Shown here one piece after another: positions 1 through 9,130 of a stretch of 25,708 nt of DNA. Under the pieces are notes generated by a model that saw only the letters and a program-made list of their open reading frames with translations, did no database searches and was not told the origin of the DNA. Each line of letters opens with the position of its first letter. The stretch's first letter is position 1. Origin of the DNA: Candidatus Eiseniibacteriota bacterium (GTDB lineage Bacteria; Eisenbacteria; RBG-16-71-46; JABDJR01; JAWXBZ01); NCBI GenBank assembly GCA_034440375.1, contig JAWXBZ010000018.1:1-25708 (forward strand), given 5' to 3'. The translations under genes and the position numbers were made by a program.

Positions 1-2
1 CC

Positions 3-1379
3 CTGCCCCTCCCCAACAGGCCACCTCCCATCGCCTATGCCCCGGTTCCAAGCGCGCCGATCTCGGAGCCCGTAGCCGCGCCCCGCGACAAGCGGTCGTC
101 ACCGGTTATCCTGGCGGTCATCCTGACCGGCGTCGCGATCGTCGCCCTCTTTCTTGGACGCGACCTGATCGCAAATCTGTTTGGGGGTCGCAAGAACGGC
201 GTGACCACCCCGGCGGGCGACGTGGTGGACAAGTCACCGGCGGAACCGAATCGACCGGCGCCGCCGATCACCCCGTCGACCGACGGAACGGGCGCCACCG
301 GCTCCAATCCCGGCACCGGAGCGAGTGTCAACACGGGCACCGAAAACCCGGCGAATGACCCCGGCAGCCGGCCGATCGCCACGCCGGTCGTCGCGCCACA
401 CACCAACCAGCCACCCGCTCCAACGCCGATAGCGGTCCCGCGCGAAAATCCGCCGGCGACTCCGCCCGGGACGAATCCGAATACCAACCCGCCGGCGACT
501 TCGACCCAGGCACCGCCGACCCCGTCGGTGACTCCACCCGCCACATCAACGACGAATCCGGAGAGGCCCGTGACGCCACCGCCGGCCGCCTCGACAACTC
601 TCGGAGCCCAGATCGTCGTCTCCGCCGCCGGCGACGGGCAGTTCCGAACCCTGGAAGAGGCGCTGAAGGCGCATTACGACTCGGGCGCCACGCAGCGTCG
701 GACCATCACGATGACGTCGGGAACCTACCGGCTGCCGGCCGACCTCGTCCTTCACACGCCCCTCGAAATCGTCGGGCAGGGAAACGTCATCCTGCAAGGC
801 TCCGGCAGCAAGGCCGCCATTAGCGTCCGTCTGCCGGGAATCACGTTGAAAGACCTGACCATCACCTCCAGCGCGCAGTACGGCCTCCTCGTGGTCGGTT
901 CAGGGGCTGTCACGATCCAGAACTGCACCATCACCAACAACCGGGAGGCGGCACTTGCCATCACCGAAAGTGGCAGCGCCATCGGGTCGAACTGCACGCT
1001 GAGCGGCGCCAATTTCGGCGCCATCAGTGACGGCGGGAGCGAAGGCAACCTGACCAACTGCACGATTACCGGCAACGGGATCGGGGTCCAGGCCCGGGCG
1101 AGCTCGACGATCCGGCTGACCGGAGGCACCGTGGCGCGAAACCGTCAGAGCGGCATGCTCGTGTCAACCGGCGGAACAATCAGCGCAAGCGGTGTCATGA
1201 TCGCCGACAATGGCGGCAACGGTGCCACCGCCCGTTCGGGGCGCATCACCCTGAACGGCGGGACGATCACGAACAACGCGCAGTTCGGCCTGCGTTGCGA
1301 GTCGGCAGCCGGCGTCATCGACAGGACCGGCGTCTCCCTGGTCGGGAACAAGATGGGCGACACCGAGGGCTGTCCCTAG
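3..1379 (+). CDS. 5'-truncated membrane-anchored protein: TM helix, Pro/Thr-rich linker, C-terminal right-handed parallel beta-helix (pectin-lyase-like) domain
   Basis: Frame 3 is open from base 3 (LPLPNRPPPIAYAP...SSPVILAVILTGVAIVALFLGRD), upstream of the track's GTG at 201, so the gene starts outside the window. Hydrophobic TM stretch, long P/T/N linker, IVVSAAGDGQFRTLEEAL beta-helix cap and repeated (I/L)xNCTITxN turns. Confidence 0.75.
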   Translation: MPLPNRPPPIAYAPVPSAPISEPVAAPRDKRSSPVILAVILTGVAIVALFLGRDLIANLFGGRKNGVTTPAGDVVDKSPAEPNRPAPPITPSTDGTGATGSNPGTGASVNTGTENPANDPGSRPIATPVVAPHTNQPPAPTPIAVPRENPPATPPGTNPNTNPPATSTQAPPTPSVTPPATSTTNPERPVTPPPAASTTLGAQIVVSAAGDGQFRTLEEALKAHYDSGATQRRTITMTSGTYRLPADLVLHTPLEIVGQGNVILQGSGSKAAISVRLPGITLKDLTITSSAQYGLLVVGSGAVTIQNCTITNNREAALAITESGSAIGSNCTLSGANFGAISDGGSEGNLTNCTITGNGIGVQARASSTIRLTGGTVARNRQSGMLVSTGGTISASGVMIADNGGNGATARSGRITLNGGTITNNAQFGLRCESAAGVIDRTGVSLVGNKMGDTEGCP

Positions 1380-1400
1380 TCCCGACTGGAGGTCAACGAC

Positions 1401-4400
1401 GTGCCGGATGCCCGATCGGAACAACCGCGCGTCAAGGCGCCACCTGACCCCATCACACTGGGTCTGGCCGGTTTTGAATTTCAGGACCTCTTTCGCCCCG
1501 CCCGCCTGGCCAAACTCGACCGGGCCTTTCTCGATCAGGTCCGACTGGTTGACGCCCCGCTCGTCGACCAGTTGATTGACGCCCGGGCTGACCGCGGCGA
1601 GTCGCTTGACGAGGAAGCCAAGGTTGACCTGCTCATGCACATGGCTCCACATGTGGGTCAGTTCGTGGCCCAACTCTTTCAGATCGAGGCCGCCTCGGCC
1701 CACCTGGACCAGCGGGCCCTCGACGACGCCCCGATCTTCGACTCCAGACGCCTTTTCCTCGAGCGGCGCGTTTTCAAGTCGGTTCCGGATGAGGCCACGC
1801 TCCTCTGCATGGACACGACTGGCGCCCTTGCCGCCTACCACGATGTCGTGAATCGACGCCTGCCGCCCGAGGCGATGACCGACGACCGCGAACTCGAACT
1901 CGGACGGATTGCCGTGATCCTCATGCAACAGGAAGCCACGGCCAAAGCGGGCAGTGCCGAAGCCTTCCCATGGGAGATGGAATCAGTCCAGGCGGACCTG
2001 GATGTGGTCGGCCGCTGGGCCACCATCCTGGCGTATCACCCCATGCAACAGGCGGTCACCGCGACGTGGCCCATTTTTTTTCGGCCGCAACGGCTTGATT
2101 TTGAGGAACTCATCGAGCGGCAATTCGATGAGCCGGGAGTGCCCACGCTCTTTCACGGTCTCGATTCGCATCGCCGCCCCCGGGACGGCTTCGACCTGAC
2201 CGACCGCCGCGGCACGCGTCGCCAGGCGTTGAGCGAGATGCACTATTGCATCCTTTGTCACGAGCGAAAAAAAGACTCCTGCAGTCATGGCTTTCCCGAG
2301 CCGGCAACCGACCGGGTCGCAAAGACCGGCATCGCCGTCGCCCCCGAACCCGGCGGTGACTCCCCCGGGCCACGCGTCCGATCTCCCAAGCTCGGTCAGG
2401 CCTTCAAGAAAAATCCCCTCGGCATCCCGATCACCGGCTGTCCGCTCGGGGAAAAAATCTCCGAGGCCCACGCCCTGAAGCGGGGGGGCCACTCCGTATC
2501 GGCGCTGGCCATGATCATGGTCGACAATCCGCTCTGCGCCGGCACCGGCCATCGCATCTGCAACGACTGCATGAAGGGGTGCATCTACCAGAAGCAGACG
2601 CCGGTCGACATCCCGATGGCCGAAACCAACATCCTGACCGGCGTGCTGGGGCTGCCCTGGGGCTTTGAGATCTATTCGCTCCTGATGCGCTGGAACCCGC
2701 TGAACCTCCGCCGGCCGGTCGCGCTCCCCTACAACGGTCGAAACGTGCTCGTCGTCGGCATGGGCCCGGCCGGCTACACGCTGGCGCACTACCTTCTGAA
2801 CGAAGGGTTCGCCGTCGTCGGGATCGACGGGCTCAAGATCGAGCCGCTGGCGCTCCGCTTCCATGGCGACGACCTGGGAAATCCCCGTCCGATTCGTGAC
2901 ATGCGGGAGCACATCACACCGTTGATCGGCCGGACGGTCCTCGGTTTCGGGGGCGTTTCGGAGTACGGCATCACGGTCCGATGGGACAAGCACTTTCTCG
3001 ATGTGAACTACCACGCCCTCATGAGGCGCGATCGGTTCCTGCTTTACGACAGCGTCCGATTCGGTGGCACACTGGAAATCGATGATGCCTGGGAGATTGG
3101 ATGCGACCACATCGCCATCGCCACGGGCGCCGGGCGCCCTACGATGCTCGACGCGCCGGGGAGCCACCGGCGGGGCATCCGGGCCGCGTCCGACTTCCTG
3201 ATGGCACTGCAGGGAGGTGGTGCCTACAAGCCGACCAGCCTTGGCAATCTCCAGGTGAATCTGCCGGCGCTGGTCATCGGTGGTGGCCTCACCGCCATCG
3301 ACGCGGCCACCGAGACCTCGGCTTACTACCTCGTGCAGATTGAACGGGCACTCAACCGCCATGAAACACTGGTTGCCGAACTGGGAGACGTGGCCGTGCA
3401 TGCCGCATTCGACCCGGTCGATCGCGCGGACCTCGATCGCTGGCTCGATCACGGCCGTCAGCTGCGTGCCGAGCGCGTGGCGGCCCGGGCCGAGGGGCGC
3501 CGGCCGGACCTCGAGAAACTGGTCGCCGGGTGGGGCGGGGTATCGATCGTCTACCGCAAGCGGCTGCAGGACTCGCCTGCCTATCGGCTGAATCACGAGG
3601 AGGTCGAGAACGCCTTGAAGGAAGGGATTGGATTCGCCGACTGTCTCTCGCCGGTGGAATTCCTCCCGGCACCCGACGGATCGGTGGCCGGCATCCGCTT
3701 CGAACGCCAGGCCTCGATCGACGGGCGCTGGAAAGGCACCAGTGAATTCCTGGAATTGCCGGCCCGATCGGTGATGGTGGCCGCCGGGACCCACCCCAAC
3801 GTTTCCTACGAGCGCGAGCACCCGGGCACGTTTGCGATGGACGGCCGGGGGGAGTTTTTCCGCGGGCACCGTCGCGGTACAGGGGGCCTGGATCTCGAGC
3901 CGGTGCCCGAGGGGGCGATCGGATTCTTCACTTCCTACCAGAAGGACGGACACTTCATCACGTTTTACGGCGACAACCATCCGATCTACGCCGGCAATGT
4001 CGTCAGGGCAATGGCTTCGGCCCGCGACGGCTTCGAAGAGGTGACGGCCCTCTTTGCCGACGAGATCGCCGTACTTGATCCGGCCGACCAGTCGACTCGG
4101 GAGAAGGCCTTCGTCGAATGGAACAGCCGGCTCGACGATCTGCTGATAGCCCGCGTGGATCGGGTGACGCGACACACGCCGGAGGTTGTTGAACTCGTGG
4201 TTCGCGCGCCGATGGCCGCCCGACGCTTCCGCCCGGGCCAGCTCTTCCGCCTGCAGAACTATGAGACGCGCGCGGAGCTCGTGGACGGCACGCCCATGGC
4301 CATGGAAGGTCTGCCGGTCACCGGCGCCTGGGCCGATCCGGAACAGGGGCTGATCGGCATCATCGTTCTGGAAACCGGCGGGTCGGCGCGCCTGGCCGCG

Positions 4401-5126
4401 AGGCTCCGCCCGGGCGAACCGATCGCACTCATGGGGCCGACCGGAAATCCAACCGAAATCCCGGAAAATGAAACCGTCCTCCTGGTCGGCGGGGGGTTCG
4501 GCAATGCAGTGATTCCATCGCTGGCCCGGGCCATGCGGGCCCGCGGAAATCGCGTGCTGGCCTTCGCCGGGTACCGTCATGCCGGCGACCTGTTCTGTCG
4601 TGAATCAATCGAGATGGCCGTGGACCGGGTCATCTGGTCGACCGAGGAGGGTCCGCTCATCGAGCCGGCCCGCCCGGACGATCGGAGCGTGGCCGGGACC
4701 ACGGTCCGGGCGATGTCGGCCTGGGCCTCGGGCGAACTCGGCCCGGTTGACATCCCGCTGTCAGCGGTGACGCGCCTCCTGACCATCGGCCCCAACCGGA
4801 TGATGGCCGCGGTCGAGGCGGCGCGGCAGAACGGCCTGGGGCAACACCTGGGCGCCGGCTGCCTGGCCCTTGGCTCGATCAATTCGCCGATGCAATGCAT
4901 GATGAAGGAGATCTGTGCCCAATGTCTCCAGCGCCACATCGATCCTGAAACCGGGCGGGAGTCATACGTGTTCTCCTGTTTCCAGCAGGACCAGCCGCTG
5001 GATCGGGTCGACTTTGACCATCTCGCCGAACGCCTGCGGCAGAATTCAGCCGCGGAAACCCTGACCAGACTCTGGATCGACCGGCTGCTGGCCCGTCGAC
5101 CGCACGAGACGGCGGTAACGACATGA
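1401..5126 (+). CDS. Large FAD/Fe-S oxidoreductase: GltD/NfnB-like module fused to a C-terminal PyrK/NfnA-like (FNR-type, 2Fe-2S) module
   Basis: SD GGAGG before GTG. Cys motifs CILCH..C, GCP, CAGTGHRICNDCMKGC; Rossmann motifs VVGMGPAG and VIGGGLTAID; C-terminal PGQLFRLQ, LMGPTG, VGGGFGNA and CMMKEICAQC...C. Confidence 0.85.
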   Translation: MPDARSEQPRVKAPPDPITLGLAGFEFQDLFRPARLAKLDRAFLDQVRLVDAPLVDQLIDARADRGESLDEEAKVDLLMHMAPHVGQFVAQLFQIEAASAHLDQRALDDAPIFDSRRLFLERRVFKSVPDEATLLCMDTTGALAAYHDVVNRRLPPEAMTDDRELELGRIAVILMQQEATAKAGSAEAFPWEMESVQADLDVVGRWATILAYHPMQQAVTATWPIFFRPQRLDFEELIERQFDEPGVPTLFHGLDSHRRPRDGFDLTDRRGTRRQALSEMHYCILCHERKKDSCSHGFPEPATDRVAKTGIAVAPEPGGDSPGPRVRSPKLGQAFKKNPLGIPITGCPLGEKISEAHALKRGGHSVSALAMIMVDNPLCAGTGHRICNDCMKGCIYQKQTPVDIPMAETNILTGVLGLPWGFEIYSLLMRWNPLNLRRPVALPYNGRNVLVVGMGPAGYTLAHYLLNEGFAVVGIDGLKIEPLALRFHGDDLGNPRPIRDMREHITPLIGRTVLGFGGVSEYGITVRWDKHFLDVNYHALMRRDRFLLYDSVRFGGTLEIDDAWEIGCDHIAIATGAGRPTMLDAPGSHRRGIRAASDFLMALQGGGAYKPTSLGNLQVNLPALVIGGGLTAIDAATETSAYYLVQIERALNRHETLVAELGDVAVHAAFDPVDRADLDRWLDHGRQLRAERVAARAEGRRPDLEKLVAGWGGVSIVYRKRLQDSPAYRLNHEEVENALKEGIGFADCLSPVEFLPAPDGSVAGIRFERQASIDGRWKGTSEFLELPARSVMVAAGTHPNVSYEREHPGTFAMDGRGEFFRGHRRGTGGLDLEPVPEGAIGFFTSYQKDGHFITFYGDNHPIYAGNVVRAMASARDGFEEVTALFADEIAVLDPADQSTREKAFVEWNSRLDDLLIARVDRVTRHTPEVVELVVRAPMAARRFRPGQLFRLQNYETRAELVDGTPMAMEGLPVTGAWADPEQGLIGIIVLETGGSARLAARLRPGEPIALMGPTGNPTEIPENETVLLVGGGFGNAVIPSLARAMRARGNRVLAFAGYRHAGDLFCRESIEMAVDRVIWSTEEGPLIEPARPDDRSVAGTTVRAMSAWASGELGPVDIPLSAVTRLLTIGPNRMMAAVEAARQNGLGQHLGAGCLALGSINSPMQCMMKEICAQCLQRHIDPETGRESYVFSCFQQDQPLDRVDFDHLAERLRQNSAAETLTRLWIDRLLARRPHETAVTT

Positions 5127-6028
5127 CCACGCCCAACTCCTTCATCCTCGACGTCACGGAAGCTGATTTCGAGTCGAAGGTCATCGAAAAATCAAAAACG
5201 TTGCCCGTGGTCGCTGATTTCTGGGCCCCCTGGTGCGGCCCGTGCAAACAGCTCGGCCCCGTCCTCGAGAAACTGGCCGCGGAATGGAATGGGGGTTTCT
5301 TCCTGGCCAAGATCAATACCGACGAGGCACCTAACATTTCACAGGCGCTGCGCATCAGCAGCATTCCGCTGGTGCTGGCCTTTCACGAGGGGCAGGTGGT
5401 TGACGAATTTGTGGGCGCCCTGCCCGAGGCGCAAATTCGGGAGTGGCTGACCCGGCTGGCACCACCGGCCGCGGCGGCGGCCGCAGAGGCGCCACCGCCC
5501 GCGGCACCGGAAACCGGCACCGCACGCGCCGACAAGCTCCGCGCGGGAGGCCGATTCGATGAAGCCGAAACGCTTCTGAATGAGCTCCTCGCGATCGACC
5601 GTGATGACCCGGCGGTCTTGCTTGGCCTGGCCCGCCTCCGGCTGGACCAGAAACGGGACGCCGACGCGCTGGCCCTGATTGACCAGATCCCACCGGGCGA
5701 GGAGCGCCGAATCGCCGATCGCCTCGCCGCCGAGGTTCGAATCCGTGGTGCTGCGGGGGAGGTCACGGCTGACATCGAGGCACTGGAGAGGCACCTGGCC
5801 TCGACGCCGGATGATCTGGAGGCGCGCTATCAACTGGCCCGCGCACTGGCCGCGGCCGGTCGACACGAGGAATCGCTGACCCACTACCTGGCCATCGTCC
5901 GGGCCAACCGCGCCTTTCGTGATGACGCCGGACGCCGGGGGATGCTCGACATCTTCCAGGTGCTGGGGGGTGAGCATCCCCTCACCGGAAGCTTCCGGCG
6001 TGACCTCTCGCAGATTCTGTTTTCCTGA
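5123..6028 (+). CDS. cnoX: Thioredoxin-TPR chaperedoxin (CnoX/YbbN family)
   Basis: DFWAPWCGPCK thioredoxin motif, C-terminal TPR-like helices ending FRRDLSQILFS; ATGA overlap with the upstream gene. Confidence 0.9.
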   Translation: MTTPNSFILDVTEADFESKVIEKSKTLPVVADFWAPWCGPCKQLGPVLEKLAAEWNGGFFLAKINTDEAPNISQALRISSIPLVLAFHEGQVVDEFVGALPEAQIREWLTRLAPPAAAAAAEAPPPAAPETGTARADKLRAGGRFDEAETLLNELLAIDRDDPAVLLGLARLRLDQKRDADALALIDQIPPGEERRIADRLAAEVRIRGAAGEVTADIEALERHLASTPDDLEARYQLARALAAAGRHEESLTHYLAIVRANRAFRDDAGRRGMLDIFQVLGGEHPLTGSFRRDLSQILFS

Positions 6029-6030
6029 CG

Positions 6031-7065
6031 ATGACAAATCGTACCCGCGGACAGGGGTTGATTGCCGGCATCATCCTGATCCTGGCGATGTGGACCGGTG
6101 TCGCCAGGGCCAGCGCCGGCGAGGGACCAGTTTTGACCGCACCGCCTTTGCCGACCTTGCGCGCGCCGGGACCGAAGTTGATCCCTCCGGGAACGGAGCC
6201 ACTCCTCCTGGCACCCCCCACGCTCCGCGTCGCCGTGGCCCCGGGCGAAACGCTCCAGGTGACCGTGGCGGGCCGGGGTGATCCGATCATCCTGCTTCCC
6301 GGCCTTTTCGGCCTGGCGTACGGCTACCGACATGTGACGCCACTCCTGGTCGACGCCGGATTCCAGGCAATCGTGATCGAACCCCTGGGCATCGGTTGTT
6401 CCAACCGACCAAAGCTGGCCGACTACACGCTGACCGCCCAGGCCGCCCGGCTGGCCGTGGTCATCGAGCGACTCGAGCTGTCACCGGCCGTCGTGATCTC
6501 ACATGGCATCGGCTCGTCGATGGCCCTCCGCCTGGCACTCTTGCATCCGGGGATGGTCCGGGGAATCGTTTCGATCGAGGGCGGGCCCTCGGAGACGGCG
6601 GCCTCGCCCACGCTCGGGTCGATCATGAAATTTGCCCCGCTGCTCAAGCTGGTGGCCGGAGAGGGGGCCATTCGAGGCAAGGTGCGTTCCCTGTTCGAGA
6701 AGGCCTCGGGTGACCGCTCGTGGATCACGGAGGAAGTCATTCGCGCCTACAGTGACCCGCTGGTGGCGGACTTCGGCTCGGCGGCCGCCTCGTTCCGCGC
6801 GATGTCGAACTCGACCGAGCCCGAGTCTCTCGGTCCGAACCTGGGCCGAATCAAGGTGCCGGTCGACCTGATTCTCGGCGGAGCCCCGCACGAGCATGGT
6901 GTCCCGCCGATGGAACTGGCCACGCTTCGAAAGTCGTTGCCCGACTTCCTGTCGGTGGCGGTCCCGGGTTCCGGACACTATATTCACGAAGAACAACCGG
7001 CCGCCGTCCTCATTGCGGTTCGACGCGTTCTGCGGCGCGCCGGACGGGTCAGTCGACCAGGATGA
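6031..7065 (+). CDS. Secreted alpha/beta-hydrolase-fold protein with nucleophile Ser replaced by Gly (possible pseudoenzyme)
   Basis: Signal peptide; GRGDPIILLPG, EPLGIGCS (DxxGxGxS-like), GSGHYIHEEQP. The nucleophile elbow reads SHGIG instead of GHSxG. Confidence 0.8.
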   Translation: MTNRTRGQGLIAGIILILAMWTGVARASAGEGPVLTAPPLPTLRAPGPKLIPPGTEPLLLAPPTLRVAVAPGETLQVTVAGRGDPIILLPGLFGLAYGYRHVTPLLVDAGFQAIVIEPLGIGCSNRPKLADYTLTAQAARLAVVIERLELSPAVVISHGIGSSMALRLALLHPGMVRGIVSIEGGPSETAASPTLGSIMKFAPLLKLVAGEGAIRGKVRSLFEKASGDRSWITEEVIRAYSDPLVADFGSAAASFRAMSNSTEPESLGPNLGRIKVPVDLILGGAPHEHGVPPMELATLRKSLPDFLSVAVPGSGHYIHEEQPAAVLIAVRRVLRRAGRVSRPG

Positions 7066-8482
7066 CCCGGGCGCTGGCCGTGACCCCGCCGGCGCGTGCC
7101 CTGACGAAATAGAGGCCCGGCGCCGCCCGCCGGCCGCCCGCATCAAGCCGATCCCATCGGATTGATTCCTCAGGACCGAACGTGCCGAGCGTTGTCACGA
7201 CCCGTCCGCCGACGTCGAGGATCGTCACCGAGACCGGTCCCTCCGGCGCCCGCGTCCAAACGAGACGCACGAAACCGGACGCAGGGTTCGGTGACAGGGC
7301 AAAGGCCATCGAGGCCGCGGCGGGTGGGCGTTCAGAGTCGGGCACATCCACGCCGCCGGTTCGGAATACGCGCCAGATCGTGGACGTGGCGAAATCGCAT
7401 ATATAGAGGGAGCCGTCGGGCCCCACGGTGACGTCGAGTGGCCTGGCAATGCCGGTCACGAAATCGGTGACCGGTCCGGCGTTCCAGGTGACGCCGGTTT
7501 TCGACAGCCGCGTCCGGACGATCTTGTGGCCGAAGTTGGTGAAGCATTCCTCCACCGATTCCTGTTGACCGAACTGGGCGATGAAAAGATCGTTGCCGTC
7601 GAATCCGGTGAAGCCGGACCCGAAGCAGAGACCGTCGGACGAACCGTGCGGATCGAGCCGGAGCAGCGGCGACGTCATCGACAGGTCACATCCCCCCAGC
7701 TGCTGGCAGTCACCGGCGCCGCACGGGGCGGGGGTACATTGCGCGGACACATCGGCGCAGTCGCCATCGCCATGGCACCATGGAAAGCCAAAATTGCCGG
7801 CCGGACGGATCCAGTTGAGCTCATCCACCGCTTCGTCACAGTTCCAGGCCGAATCCGGCGCGGCGCCATTATCGGTGCCGAACAGGCTGCCTTCGGCGTG
7901 GAACGCCAGGCCGTACGGGTTCCGGAAGCCGGTGGCGAAGACATCCACGAAACCGGTGGTCGGATGAAACCGCAGAACGCTCGAGGCCCACGGGTGCGTG
8001 TTGAGGCCCCGGTTCGAATCGGAGCCGACACCGACGTACAACAGGTTGTCCGGCCCGACCACGATGTCGGTCGTCCAGTGCTTTCCCCACGGGATGTCGT
8101 CGGTCAGCACGACCAGCGTGTCGGCCACGCGATCACCGTTCCAGTCGGTGTATCTTGTCACCGTGCCGACGCTGGTGACGAAAACCGACCCCTGGTGGTG
8201 GGTCAGACCCAACGGCCAGATGAGCCCGCTGCTGAAAACCACTGTCGTATCGGCGCCTCCCACCCCGTCCAGATCCCTCATGGCCAGGACCTGCCCCTCG
8301 AACCGCGTCACCCAGAGCCAGCCGTCCGGCCCCCACTGGATCGAGGTGGGATGCTGAATGCCGGTGGCCCACGGGACGACATAATAGCCGGGGGCGGCCA
8401 CCGGAACGGCCGGCGCCGGGGAGCTGGCGACCATCGTCAACACGAGGATCAAGGATGCGGCGGCGGGAAGCGGATGGCGCAT
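7049..8482 (-). CDS. Secreted glucose/sorbosone-dehydrogenase-like beta-propeller with C-terminal T9SS-CTD/FlgD-Ig-like domain
   Basis: Signal peptide; propeller motifs ATGFRNPYGLAF, DELNWIRPAGNFGFP, RPLDVTVGPDGSLYICD; tail SPNPASG...TILDVGGRVV...WDRLDAGGRRAAPGLYFVR. Confidence 0.85.
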   Translation of the reverse strand: MRHPLPAAASLILVLTMVASSPAPAVPVAAPGYYVVPWATGIQHPTSIQWGPDGWLWVTRFEGQVLAMRDLDGVGGADTTVVFSSGLIWPLGLTHHQGSVFVTSVGTVTRYTDWNGDRVADTLVVLTDDIPWGKHWTTDIVVGPDNLLYVGVGSDSNRGLNTHPWASSVLRFHPTTGFVDVFATGFRNPYGLAFHAEGSLFGTDNGAAPDSAWNCDEAVDELNWIRPAGNFGFPWCHGDGDCADVSAQCTPAPCGAGDCQQLGGCDLSMTSPLLRLDPHGSSDGLCFGSGFTGFDGNDLFIAQFGQQESVEECFTNFGHKIVRTRLSKTGVTWNAGPVTDFVTGIARPLDVTVGPDGSLYICDFATSTIWRVFRTGGVDVPDSERPPAAASMAFALSPNPASGFVRLVWTRAPEGPVSVTILDVGGRVVTTLGTFGPEESIRWDRLDAGGRRAAPGLYFVRARAGGVTASARVILVD

Positions 8483-8491
8483 GAGGCTTCA

Positions 8492-8500
8492 AGATTAACA
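8492..8500 (-). promoter_or_regulatory. Putative extended -10 promoter (TG-T-TAATCT) for the propeller gene; near-leaderless
   Basis: The minus strand reads TGTTAATCT then 9 nt to the ATG at 8482; no SD present. Confidence 0.4.
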
Positions 8501-8504
8501 TGGG

Positions 8505-8545
8505 ACCCGGAAGCCGCCACACCGCGGTCGCGACGGCTTCCGGGT
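8505..8545 (-). terminator. Strong hairpin after the DinB-family gene (likely terminator)
   Basis: Perfect 12-bp inverted repeat ACCCGGAAGCCG (8505-8516) / CGGCTTCCGGGT (8534-8545) just past the stop at 8557; U-tract is weak. Confidence 0.6.
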
Positions 8546-8556
8546 TGGCCCCGTAC

Positions 8557-9060
8557 CTACTGTTCGTCCGCCGACGGCCCGTAAATCGACGGGAGCGGCA
8601 CCCCGTTCATCCGGAGATACACGCCAAGCTGCGCCCGATGATGCACGTTGTGATTGAAGATCATGCTCCGCAACACCGCCCGCCGCGGCATCGTGAACAT
8701 GGTCTGGCCGCCGGCCATCAGCGACCAGGGCGCGTCCATGTCCGCCTCGGTCAGGTCCGAGAGGGCGCTCCGCGCCTCGGCTACATTTCGATCGAACGTG
8801 GCGAGCAACGCCGTCCGGTCCGGTGCCACGTCTTCCACGTAGGCCGATCCACCAATCGGTGCGACGTCAAAGGACGACTCCTTGACCGTCATCACGCCCC
8901 ACGAAGGCAAGTTGGCCAGGTGGTTCGCCAGCCTTCCCACGGTCATCGACTTCGGATGTGGCTGCCACTCTTCCTTTCCCTCCGGCAAGCGCTCCAGTTC
9001 CTTCCGCGTATGCCCCATCTCCTGATCGAACTCGGCCATCATGTCGTCTTTCCAGTTCAT
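8557..9060 (-). CDS. DinB/YfiT-superfamily putative metalloenzyme
   Basis: Start refined to ATG 9060 (AGAGG SD). WQPHPKSMTVGRLANHLA and NHNVHHRAQLGVYLRMNGVPLPSIYGPSADE are typical DinB-family motifs. Confidence 0.9.
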   Translation of the reverse strand: MNWKDDMMAEFDQEMGHTRKELERLPEGKEEWQPHPKSMTVGRLANHLANLPSWGVMTVKESSFDVAPIGGSAYVEDVAPDRTALLATFDRNVAEARSALSDLTEADMDAPWSLMAGGQTMFTMPRRAVLRSMIFNHNVHHRAQLGVYLRMNGVPLPSIYGPSADEQ

Positions 9061-9114
9061 CGGTGCCTCTGTTGTCTTGATTCCACAGTCCTGTTCGCGC
9101 ATTGCGATGGCCGG

Positions 9115-9130
9115 TGAAATCGGCTTGTCA
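9115..9130. promoter_or_regulatory. Imperfect TGACA-N6-TGTCA-type palindrome upstream of the DinB-family gene (candidate WYL-regulator site)
   Basis: The minus strand reads (T)TGACA-AGCCGA-TTTCA, one mismatch from the palindrome; it overlaps the mazF stop codon. Confidence 0.35.

Noticed and set aside
1983-4580. 865-aa antisense ORF (also 7526-8584, 9887-11086, 13440-14408, 20828-21808, 24211-25197)
   Set aside because: Shadow ORFs opposite well-supported genes; expected from GC-rich codon bias and lacking recognisable motifs.
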